The notes under the pieces: model-generated
The model's database searches: none
Told to the model about the DNA's origin: nothing
The model's input: only the letters and a program-made list of their open reading frames with translations
Assembly: GCA_050949565.1 (NCBI GenBank)
Contig: JBMNFY010000017.1
Location: 1,088,001-1,152,000 of the forward strand
DNA length: 64,000 bases
Reading direction: 5' to 3'
Origin: Kiritimatiellia bacterium
GTDB taxonomy: Bacteria; Verrucomicrobiota; Kiritimatiellia; RFP12; UBA1067
Shown: positions 10,725 through 18,585 of the stretch, piece after piece
How the letters are laid out: each line of letters opens with the position of its first letter
How positions within the stretch are numbered: position 1 is the first letter of the stretch
Program-made: the position numbers and the translations under genes

Positions 10725-11762
10725 CTAACTTCCTGAGAGCACCTCGTCCAAGAATGCGCGGAGGTTCGCAGTCGACACGCCCGGCGGCAGGCCGCCGCCG
10801 CAGGAGAAGATCACGCGCGTATCATCCGCCGCTGCCGTCTTCATCGCTGCGACATGCTCGCGCACCATGTCGGGCGTTCCGGCTGCGAGGACATCGCGCG
10901 GCGGAATGTTGCCCAGCAGTGCCACTTCGGGCCCCGCCAGCGAGCGGATCTCTGCGAAGGCGTGTTCAAAGCTGAAGTTAAAGAGGTTCACGCCGATGGC
11001 GGCCAGTTGCGGCGCGCAACTCAAGCCATTGGCATCGTTGTGGAACAGGCGGACATCGCTGTCGATGGCGTCGAAGCCCCGCTTGAGGTACGGTGCCGCG
11101 AACGAAGCCACATCATCTGGGCCGATGAACCCCACGATGTCGTCAAGCAGCATGACCCCGCGGATCGTGGGGAACGTCGCGGCCTGTAGCTTGATCCAGT
11201 CTTCCAAGAACGCTGTGATCGTGTCCAGCATGGCGTGCGTCCCATCAGGGTCGAGTTGCATGGCCATCAGGAACTCGGTTGTGCCCATCAAGAACGAGGC
11301 GATGTTCAGCGGGCCGCGCGCCACCGCGAAACGGATCGCGTGGCCCTCGGCCTCAATCGCGGGCTGCGCCCGCACCAGACGGCGCAGCACGAACGGCAGC
11401 AATCCCGCAGCGTTCGGGTCCGGTTTTTCCAGTACCGGTGCCGATTCGCTACAGCGCGCGATCGGTTCCGCGAAGGGCAGTTCGTTCTCGTACCAGATCA
11501 GGCGAGTACCGAACGCGGACGGCTCGGTACACATCCCGTATTCCGACCAGAACCCCGGTATGAATATCGCCTCCGGAAACGTACGGATCGCCTTCAGGTT
11601 GGTTCCCAGCCAGACCTGCTCCGAGGCGAAATAGTCGAGGACCGTCGCTTGGCCGCTCCACCCCGGCAACCATGGACTGTCCGCGATGAATCCGCACAGC
11701 GGTTGCTCAAGCCGTGCTCCTTGCACCACCGCCAACAGCATCTCCCACTGAAGCTGAGTCAT
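10725..11762 (-). CDS. Uroporphyrinogen decarboxylase (URO-D/MtaA-CmuA) family protein
   Basis: RGPLNIASFLMG, LFHND, LLGNIPP, FSCGGGLPPG. Confidence 0.8.
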   Translation of the reverse strand: MTQLQWEMLLAVVQGARLEQPLCGFIADSPWLPGWSGQATVLDYFASEQVWLGTNLKAIRTFPEAIFIPGFWSEYGMCTEPSAFGTRLIWYENELPFAEPIARCSESAPVLEKPDPNAAGLLPFVLRRLVRAQPAIEAEGHAIRFAVARGPLNIASFLMGTTEFLMAMQLDPDGTHAMLDTITAFLEDWIKLQAATFPTIRGVMLLDDIVGFIGPDDVASFAAPYLKRGFDAIDSDVRLFHNDANGLSCAPQLAAIGVNLFNFSFEHAFAEIRSLAGPEVALLGNIPPRDVLAAGTPDMVREHVAAMKTAAADDTRVIFSCGGGLPPGVSTANLRAFLDEVLSGS

Positions 11763-13165
11763 ACGCCACTCCTCGAAAGCCGTTCGTACGCCCGGCGTGT
11801 GCCGTACGGCGCACGCTCCGCGCGGGCCAGCATGGCATTCGCCGCATCATCGTTCACGAAACGCTCGGCCTTGGGATCCCATGTCAACTTGCGTCCCAAC
11901 TTCATGCCGATGTGCGCCAGCAGGCAAGCGCTGCACGAGCGGTGTGCCGTCTCGGCCGGCACCAGCGACTCGGCGCGCGATCGGATACAATCGATCCAGT
12001 TCTGGTGGTGCTGGCCACGGTGGCGGTAAAGCTTCACGTCGTTGTCACCGATCTCGCCTTCCAGCAGTTTCGGATCGCTCGCGTCGAGCGGTTTCAGGGT
12101 GCGGCCTGATGAACCAGGATCGGAAGCGGTGACCTTCTGCGAGCCGCGGCTCACGAAGATCCATCCCTTCTCGCCGATGAAGCGTATGCCGTTCGGGAAC
12201 TTGTCCCAGACGCGCATCGACGTGCCGTCAGCGTAGGTCAGTGTCACATCATAATCGCCATGCACGTCCCACAGTCCGCCGGTATGAAAAACACCTTTGC
12301 CTTCGATCGCCACCGGTCCGGTCGCTTCCCAGCCCATTGCCCAGTGCGCGATGTCGAGGTGGTGCGAGCCCCAGCCCGTGATCATGCCCGCGCCGAACTG
12401 CTCGCAGCGCAGCCAGCCCGGACGCGAGGTAAGCTTCGGGTCGTCCTGCTTGTGGACGCGGTCTTCGGTGTAGGGCACCTGCGGCGTGGAGCCCAGCCAC
12501 ATGTCGTAGTCCAGATTCTTCGGCACCGGCATGGTTTCCGTCCGACCACCGCCCGGATCGCCGGGCAGACCGATCTCAATGGTTTTGATCGTGCCGAGAC
12601 GCCCATTGCGCACCAACTCGCATGCGCGATGAAACTGCGACGAAGAGCGCTGCTGCGAGCCGAGCAAAAAGACGCGCCGGTTCAGGCGGATCGCGTCACT
12701 GAAGAGCCGTCCCTCGGTGATGGTCAGCGAAGCAGGCTTCTGCATGAACACGTCTTTACCTGCGAACGCCGCTTCCACGGCGGGCTGACTGTGCCAATGG
12801 TCAGGCGTCGAGATCGACACCGCATCGATGTCTTTGCGCGCGATCAACTCGCGATAGTCCCGGTGCAGTCCCACGTCAACAGAGGTGCCTTTGCTGGCGT
12901 AATGTTGGTCTAGATACGCCTTGCCCAGCGCCATCCGCTTCGTGTCCAGATCAGAGAGCGCGACAATCCGCACGCCACGACAAGTCAGAATCCCCGGCAC
13001 ATCCATGCCCTTGGCGATTCGCCCAAAACCGATCTGTCCCACTTGGATCGTCTTGCTCGGTGCCTCTTGTCCCAGCACTCGCGCCGGGATGATCGACGGA
13101 AACGCCGCCACCCAAACCCCCGCCACACCCGTCTTGATCGCCATTCTGCGTGTCATCCGTTGCAT
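11759..13165 (-). CDS. Gfo/Idh/MocA oxidoreductase, Tat-exported
   Basis: MTRRMAIK, IDAVSISTPDHWH, QKP, GSQQRS, WGSHHLDIA. Confidence 0.9.
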   Translation of the reverse strand: MQRMTRRMAIKTGVAGVWVAAFPSIIPARVLGQEAPSKTIQVGQIGFGRIAKGMDVPGILTCRGVRIVALSDLDTKRMALGKAYLDQHYASKGTSVDVGLHRDYRELIARKDIDAVSISTPDHWHSQPAVEAAFAGKDVFMQKPASLTITEGRLFSDAIRLNRRVFLLGSQQRSSSQFHRACELVRNGRLGTIKTIEIGLPGDPGGGRTETMPVPKNLDYDMWLGSTPQVPYTEDRVHKQDDPKLTSRPGWLRCEQFGAGMITGWGSHHLDIAHWAMGWEATGPVAIEGKGVFHTGGLWDVHGDYDVTLTYADGTSMRVWDKFPNGIRFIGEKGWIFVSRGSQKVTASDPGSSGRTLKPLDASDPKLLEGEIGDNDVKLYRHRGQHHQNWIDCIRSRAESLVPAETAHRSCSACLLAHIGMKLGRKLTWDPKAERFVNDDAANAMLARAERAPYGTRRAYERLSRSGV

Positions 13166-13221
13166 CGTGTCGCCCTCCTCGTTTGGACCAACGTTGCCTT
13201 AAACCGACGTAGGAGACTACT

Positions 13222-13332
13222 TTAGCAGACACGGACGATGTTTTCACCTTTAAGATTCCAGTTTTGCATGCGCGCGGTCGTCCGCACGAAATAGAGTTCC
13301 ACCGCGTTGCCCATGCTGTTCGTGCTATCCAT
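13222..13332 (-). pseudogene. Terminal stub of a fifth protease-tip cassette
   Basis: After the stop of 13337-14242 it reads [18 protein letters not shown], matching the other tips; homology breaks at ~13280. Confidence 0.75.
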
Positions 13333-13336
13333 GCTG

Positions 13337-14242
13337 TCACGCCGCTTTGCGCACCCTTCTCCGCCGAACGGCGAGCCACGCCGCTACAGCGCACACCGCG
13401 AGCGCGACAAACCCTACAGCGACAGCGATGGCGACCTTCACGGGGCTTCTAGCGGGCGCGTCATCCGGCAATGGCGGAAGGTCGGGAAAACGCTTGCGCA
13501 AGTCGATGCGTTTTCTCGGAGGCACAGCCTCGATGCTTTGCTTGATTGGGAGGCATTTTTCCCGTTTCACTTCATTCTTCTTGTCTGCATCCAAGATATT
13601 TGTCCACAGGGTCAGCCTTTGCCAGCTTGTTGGATATCCCTCGCAATGCCGGAGAAGAAAATCATCCACGTGGCGAGCTTCCGAAGCAGAATACGCAAAC
13701 TGCGTATACATCACAAGAGCATCCACTAGCCGAGCTAACGTTTCCTTTGACATTTCGTTTTGTGCTATAGCAGCTTCAACTTTGTTCAGGCACGCAGGGG
13801 TTACTGCATAACGCCAACTGATGATCGTTTTATCTTCATCGTCGATCTTCAAAATCTTCGGCAGGAACGTAGCGCACTCCTCCCCCGTCGCGAGGGAAGC
13901 GTAGATTTCTGCGGCACGTGCGCGGATAAAGCGGGAGGCGTTCGTCATGAGGCTTTTCTCCTCCAAAAACGGGAGGGCCGCCCGGTCGCCCAGCTTTTCA
14001 ACCATGTTGAGCAACCCACAGAAATACGGCGCCCCCCCCCCCCAGTTTTCAGACGGGGGGTGTCCCTGATCGAGGGCGAGCACCGCCTTTTCATCTTGGT
14101 TGTACCGTTCAATCAAAAGGTCAAGGGTCCAGCCGTTCGCGAGCACCTCTTCGCGTCCCCCGCAAAGCCCGCCCCACGGGAACATAAGGGAGAGCAGGAG
14201 AAGCCGGATAAGGCTGTAGATGCTGTGTATTCGTAGTGCCAT
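13337..14242 (-). CDS. Putative immunity/inhibitor protein 4 (signal peptide, HEAT-like helices, C-terminal membrane anchor)
   Basis: Shares LPFLEEKS..IRARAAEIY and the tail RIDLRKRFPDLPPLPDDAPARSPVKVAIAV-TM-RRRRVRKAA with three paralogues; RBS AGAGGAGG. Confidence 0.7.
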   Translation of the reverse strand: MALRIHSIYSLIRLLLLSLMFPWGGLCGGREEVLANGWTLDLLIERYNQDEKAVLALDQGHPPSENWGGGAPYFCGLLNMVEKLGDRAALPFLEEKSLMTNASRFIRARAAEIYASLATGEECATFLPKILKIDDEDKTIISWRYAVTPACLNKVEAAIAQNEMSKETLARLVDALVMYTQFAYSASEARHVDDFLLRHCEGYPTSWQRLTLWTNILDADKKNEVKREKCLPIKQSIEAVPPRKRIDLRKRFPDLPPLPDDAPARSPVKVAIAVAVGFVALAVCAVAAWLAVRRRRVRKAA

Positions 14243-14256
14243 GTTTAACCTCCTCT

Positions 14257-14712
14257 TTAATAGCTACCGGGATTCCGCTGGATAGCACTCTGGCCGACCC
14301 CGGCATTGCCCAACGTTCTGACGGTGCCGCCCCCGGCATGCCGCCACCCGTAGACGGTGCCGCGCGGCAGGCACACGCTTGCCGAAAGCGGGGGCTCGGG
14401 ACCAAAACCACCCGAGCGCATGATGAGCCGCGTGATCAACTCCCGCTGCGTCAGCCCCGGCGGATAGTAGCCCCCGCCCCAGTCGGCGGGGACACGCTCT
14501 GCGGAGACTGGCCCGGAGACCGGGTTGGGATCCGGCCCGCCGGGATTCTTGACGGTATAGATGTCTTCCAGCCCGCAGTCGTGCAGCACCTCGTGCGCGA
14601 TCACATTGGCATCACCGGCGGTCGCGATAACGATGCCCTCCGGCCAGCGTACCCCTCCAACCGCCCCACCCTCAAGCGTATCCACAAAGTATAGCTCCAC
14701 CACATTGCCCAT
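14257..14712 (-). CDS. Orphan metalloprotease C-terminal tip C
   Basis: [41 protein letters not shown]; homologous to the last ~150 aa of 18586-22509; no signal peptide. Confidence 0.75.
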   Translation of the reverse strand: MGNVVELYFVDTLEGGAVGGVRWPEGIVIATAGDANVIAHEVLHDCGLEDIYTVKNPGGPDPNPVSGPVSAERVPADWGGGYYPPGLTQRELITRLIMRSGGFGPEPPLSASVCLPRGTVYGWRHAGGGTVRTLGNAGVGQSAIQRNPGSY

Positions 14713-14716
14713 GCTG

Positions 14717-15694
14717 TCACGCCGCTTTGCGCACCTTTCTCCGCCGCAAGGCAAGCCACGCCGCTACCACTGCGACAATCCCCGTGCCGACAGCGATAGC
14801 GACCTTCACGGGGCTTCTAGCGGGCGCGTCACCCGGTAACGGCGACAGATCGGGAAAACGCTTGCGCAGGTCAGTGCGTTTTCGGGGGGGGGTGGCCTCA
14901 ATTGCCTCTTTGATTGGAAGATAGTTTTTTCTCTTCAACTCATTTTCTTTATCCTCGTCCAGTATCCTGCTCCATAACGATAAGCGCTGTTCGCTAATTT
15001 TGTAGCCGTAACAGTGTTTGACCAGAAAATCATCCACCCATGAGGCTTCGCTTGCATACGATGTGATTTGCGTATATGCCATAAGAAGCGACAAAAGCCG
15101 TTCTTCGGTTTCATCAGAAACAGAGTGGTTTGCAATCGCGGACTCCATTTTTCCCAAGAACAGAGGGGTGACCCTGGATCGCCAAAATCCCTTATCAGCG
15201 TTGATGCCAAAGGCTTTTCTCATGAACTCAATGCACTCCTCTACACTCGCGATATTGACATAGACCTCCGCAGCGGCAGAACGGATGGATCTTCGAATTT
15301 CAGGATCAAGGCTCTTTTCCTCCAGATAAGGCAGAAGCGAGCGGTCACCGGAGTGCGCCACAAGTTGCAACAGCCTGACCGCGTTGTTGGCAATTGATAT
15401 CCGTCCAGTGTTTTTCACGTAGGCGATATAGCCGTCAATCGCCTCCTTAGCAAGGTCGAGGATGCGCCGCTTGTCAACGCCTGCCTCCTCGCACCGCTTC
15501 TCCATCATCCGATAGTAGTCCGCCACGGTCGGCAGGTTCTGTTGGTGGGGGTCGCCCTCATTATCCGCCTCCATAAACACGATGCCTTCAAGCATGTCGC
15601 GTATGGCCTCGTCGTCGAAGGGCCTTGCGACCGGATTTTGAGCTGCGGACACCAGCGTGGCGACCGTGACGTAAAACAACAACACCTTTCTCAT
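14717..15694 (-). CDS. Putative immunity/inhibitor protein 3
   Basis: Signal peptide, LPYLEEKS..IRSAAAEVYVNIA, conserved C-terminal anchor tail; RBS GGAGGAGG. Confidence 0.7.
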   Translation of the reverse strand: MRKVLLFYVTVATLVSAAQNPVARPFDDEAIRDMLEGIVFMEADNEGDPHQQNLPTVADYYRMMEKRCEEAGVDKRRILDLAKEAIDGYIAYVKNTGRISIANNAVRLLQLVAHSGDRSLLPYLEEKSLDPEIRRSIRSAAAEVYVNIASVEECIEFMRKAFGINADKGFWRSRVTPLFLGKMESAIANHSVSDETEERLLSLLMAYTQITSYASEASWVDDFLVKHCYGYKISEQRLSLWSRILDEDKENELKRKNYLPIKEAIEATPPRKRTDLRKRFPDLSPLPGDAPARSPVKVAIAVGTGIVAVVAAWLALRRRKVRKAA

Positions 15695-15704
15695 ATCCTC
15701 CTCC

Positions 15705-16424
15705 TTACTCGCTGACCGGATTCTGATGACAGCCGGACAGGCCGACGTTCCTCAACTCCAACTCATCGGACGGATCACCCGTCGTGCTGAAATTGCGATA
15801 ACCCCACACACTCCCTGACGGAATGTCGGCCCGGGGGAGCGGCACGTTCGTGTAGCCCCCCGGACTCATGATCAGGCGGGCGACCACGAACTTCTGCATC
15901 AGCCCCGGCTCGTAATAGCCGCCGCACCAGTCGGACGGCAGCATTTCCGGCGCGCTCACGTCGGGGATGGAGACCTTGGTGCCCTGCGGAAGGATCGTTA
16001 TTTGGGGATAGATGTCAGCGAGGCCACAGGCGTGCAGCACCTCGTGCGCGATTGTGGTCGCATCGCCGTCTTGGGCTATGGCGATGCCTTTGATGCGCCT
16101 GACACCCTTGAGATTCACATTGTTATCCCCCGTGATCGTCTGTACGAAATACAGTTCCACGCCGCCGGTGCCCGACGAGCTATCCATGAGCGCGTCGAAT
16201 TCGTACACGGCCGCCGGCGTGGTGTTGCTCGGGTTCAGCCACGCGGCATTGTCAGCGTAATGCACCGTCCCGCTCTGGACCAGCGTCAGCCCGCGTTGCC
16301 ACAGGATCTTGTTGGCATCCGCCAAGAGGCCGGGGATCTCGGCGGCATCGCGGGCGGCAATCATGCCCAAGTCGTCTCTCACGATCCAGACGGTGACGGG
16401 CACGTTGACGGCGGGGCACGACAT
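15705..16424 (-). CDS. Orphan metalloprotease C-terminal tip B (longest, most divergent)
   Basis: [42 protein letters not shown] identical to the carrier; AHEVLHACGLADIY; DWCGGYY; RLIM. Confidence 0.78.
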   Translation of the reverse strand: MSCPAVNVPVTVWIVRDDLGMIAARDAAEIPGLLADANKILWQRGLTLVQSGTVHYADNAAWLNPSNTTPAAVYEFDALMDSSSGTGGVELYFVQTITGDNNVNLKGVRRIKGIAIAQDGDATTIAHEVLHACGLADIYPQITILPQGTKVSIPDVSAPEMLPSDWCGGYYEPGLMQKFVVARLIMSPGGYTNVPLPRADIPSGSVWGYRNFSTTGDPSDELELRNVGLSGCHQNPVSE

Positions 16425-16435
16425 TGTCCATGCTG

Positions 16436-17269
16436 TCACGCAGCTTTGCGCACCTTTCTCCGCCGAACGGCGAGCCACGCCGCTACCACTGCAACAATCC
16501 CCGCGATGATGGCGAACGCGACTTTCACAGGGCTTCTAGCGGGCGCATCATCCGGCAACGGCGGCAGATCGGGAAAACGCTTGCGCAAGTCGATGCGCTG
16601 TCTTGGGGGAATTTTGTCGAAGTGCGCCTTGATGGGATGAAACGTATTCGTCACCCATTCGTTGCCCTCCGTGGCGAACCGTGTGAGGCAAGCGCGTTGA
16701 ACACTGTTCGTGTACTGGGGCACCGCTTGTAGCATATAAAGGTTGATACGGTTTGCGGCGTCTCGCACATCGGTTTTTTGCATGATGGTCAGCAAAACGG
16801 TATGCACGCGCGACAGGGCATCGCTGGAGAGTCTGTTTTTCACCTCCGGCGTCAGCTTGTCGAGGTACTGTTGAATCAATAGCCACTTTCCCTGCTTGAC
16901 AGTGGGATCATCACAATATTTGGCTAAGAACAACACGCTATCCTCCACGTCCGCGATATCGACATACGTTTCTGCGGCGGCAGATCGGATAAGTTCATGC
17001 GTTTCAGGATCAAAACTTTTCTCCTTCAGGAACGGGAGTACTTCGCGTCCACCTTTTTGCCCGATGTTCGCCATCAGCGCGGCGGCGGCACCCACATTGT
17101 AGTTCGACCCGGCCTGAAAACTCGCTTCAAACTTACTGTATACCTCTAGCATTTCAGACAGCGGGCGGCGTGAATAATCCGCGTACTGGCTGGCCGTAAC
17201 CGTGGCGGAGTAAAGAATGATCGCGCAAACGATCAGGCGATACGATACTTGACGTGCATTCATTTTCAT
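16436..17269 (-). CDS. Putative immunity/inhibitor protein 2
   Basis: Near-identical to 17734-18573 in its C-terminal two-thirds, divergent N-terminus; signal peptide and anchor tail. Confidence 0.7.
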   Translation of the reverse strand: MKMNARQVSYRLIVCAIILYSATVTASQYADYSRRPLSEMLEVYSKFEASFQAGSNYNVGAAAALMANIGQKGGREVLPFLKEKSFDPETHELIRSAAAETYVDIADVEDSVLFLAKYCDDPTVKQGKWLLIQQYLDKLTPEVKNRLSSDALSRVHTVLLTIMQKTDVRDAANRINLYMLQAVPQYTNSVQRACLTRFATEGNEWVTNTFHPIKAHFDKIPPRQRIDLRKRFPDLPPLPDDAPARSPVKVAFAIIAGIVAVVAAWLAVRRRKVRKAA

Positions 17270-17275
17270 CCCTCC

Positions 17276-17737
17276 TTAGTGGCTTCCCGGGGTTCTTATG
17301 ATCGACGACTGGCCTACCTTGGCTGGACCCAGGATGGTCGGCGCTTCGCCGCCGAGCCACTCGTGATGCCATCCCCGGATATTTCCCGACGGCAGATCGC
17401 CACCTCTGGTCTCTTGCGGATCGAGGCGCGAGCACATCACGAGCCTTTTGATCAGGCCGTGCTGGAGCACCCACGGGTTGTAATAACCGCCGCCCCAGTC
17501 GGCAGGGATGCTCTGTTCCGCGACCAGCTCCAAAAGAGGGTTCCCTTGGCCGTCGGCGATGTAGATGTCCTCCAGCCCGCAGTCATGCAATACCTCGTGC
17601 GCGATAGCCCAGCTGCCTTCGCCGCTTGCGATCGCGATGCCCTTCGGGTGGCGCAGACCGGCATCCGCCCTTCCGTTCAGTGTCCGAACGAAGTAGAGTT
17701 CCACCGCGTTGCCCATGCTGTTCGTGCTGTCCATCAT
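17276..17737 (-). CDS. Orphan metalloprotease C-terminal tip A
   Basis: [37 protein letters not shown]; ATGA overlap with the upstream stop. Confidence 0.78.
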   Translation of the reverse strand: MMDSTNSMGNAVELYFVRTLNGRADAGLRHPKGIAIASGEGSWAIAHEVLHDCGLEDIYIADGQGNPLLELVAEQSIPADWGGGYYNPWVLQHGLIKRLVMCSRLDPQETRGGDLPSGNIRGWHHEWLGGEAPTILGPAKVGQSSIIRTPGSH

Positions 17738-18573
17738 CGCGGTGTTTCACGCACCCTTCTCCGCCGAACGGCGAGCCACGCCGCTACAGCGCACACCGCG
17801 AGCGCAACAATCCCCGCGACGACAGCGATGGCGACCTTCACGGGGCTTCTAGCGGGCGCGTCATCCGGCAACGGCGGCAGATCGGGGAAACGCTTGCGCA
17901 GATCAATGCGCTGTTTCGGGGGAATTTTGTCGAAGTGCGCCTTGATGGGATGAAACGTATTCGTCACCCAAGCGTTGCCCTCCGTGGCGAACCGTGTGAG
18001 GCAAGCGCGTTGAACACTGTTCGTGTACTGGGGCACCGCTTGTAGCATATAAAGGTTGATACGGTTTGCGGCGTCTCGCACATCGGTTTTTTGCATGATG
18101 GTCAGCAAAACGGTATGCACGCGCGACAGGGCATCGCTGGAGAGCCTGTTTTTCACCTCCGGCGTCAGCTTGTCGAGGTACTGTTGAATCAACAACCACT
18201 TCCCCTTTTTGACAGTGGGATCATCACAATATTTGGCCAAGAACAACACGCTCTCCTCCACATCCGCGATATTGACATACGCTTTCGCGGCGGCAGAACG
18301 GATAAGCTCGTGTGTTTCGGGATCGAAGCTTTCTTCCTCCAAAAACGGGAGCACTTCGCGCCCGCCCTTTTTCCCGACAGCGACCATCAGCGCGGCAGCG
18401 GCACCCACGTTATAGTTCGATCCGGCCTGAAAATTCGCTTTGAACCCACTGTATTCCTCAAACATTTTCGACAGCGGGTAACGCGAATAATCCATGTAAC
18501 GGCTGGCCACAGCCGACGCGGAGTAAAGAATGACCGCGCATATCAGGCAATATACAACTCGACGTGTATTCAC
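17734..18573 (-). CDS. Putative cognate immunity/inhibitor protein 1 of the full-length protease
   Basis: Starts 12 nt after the carrier stop; signal peptide; conserved anchor tail. Confidence 0.7.
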   Translation of the reverse strand: MNTRRVVYCLICAVILYSASAVASRYMDYSRYPLSKMFEEYSGFKANFQAGSNYNVGAAAALMVAVGKKGGREVLPFLEEESFDPETHELIRSAAAKAYVNIADVEESVLFLAKYCDDPTVKKGKWLLIQQYLDKLTPEVKNRLSSDALSRVHTVLLTIMQKTDVRDAANRINLYMLQAVPQYTNSVQRACLTRFATEGNAWVTNTFHPIKAHFDKIPPKQRIDLRKRFPDLPPLPDDAPARSPVKVAIAVVAGIVALAVCAVAAWLAVRRRRVRETPR

Positions 18574-18585
18574 CTCTATCTCTCC

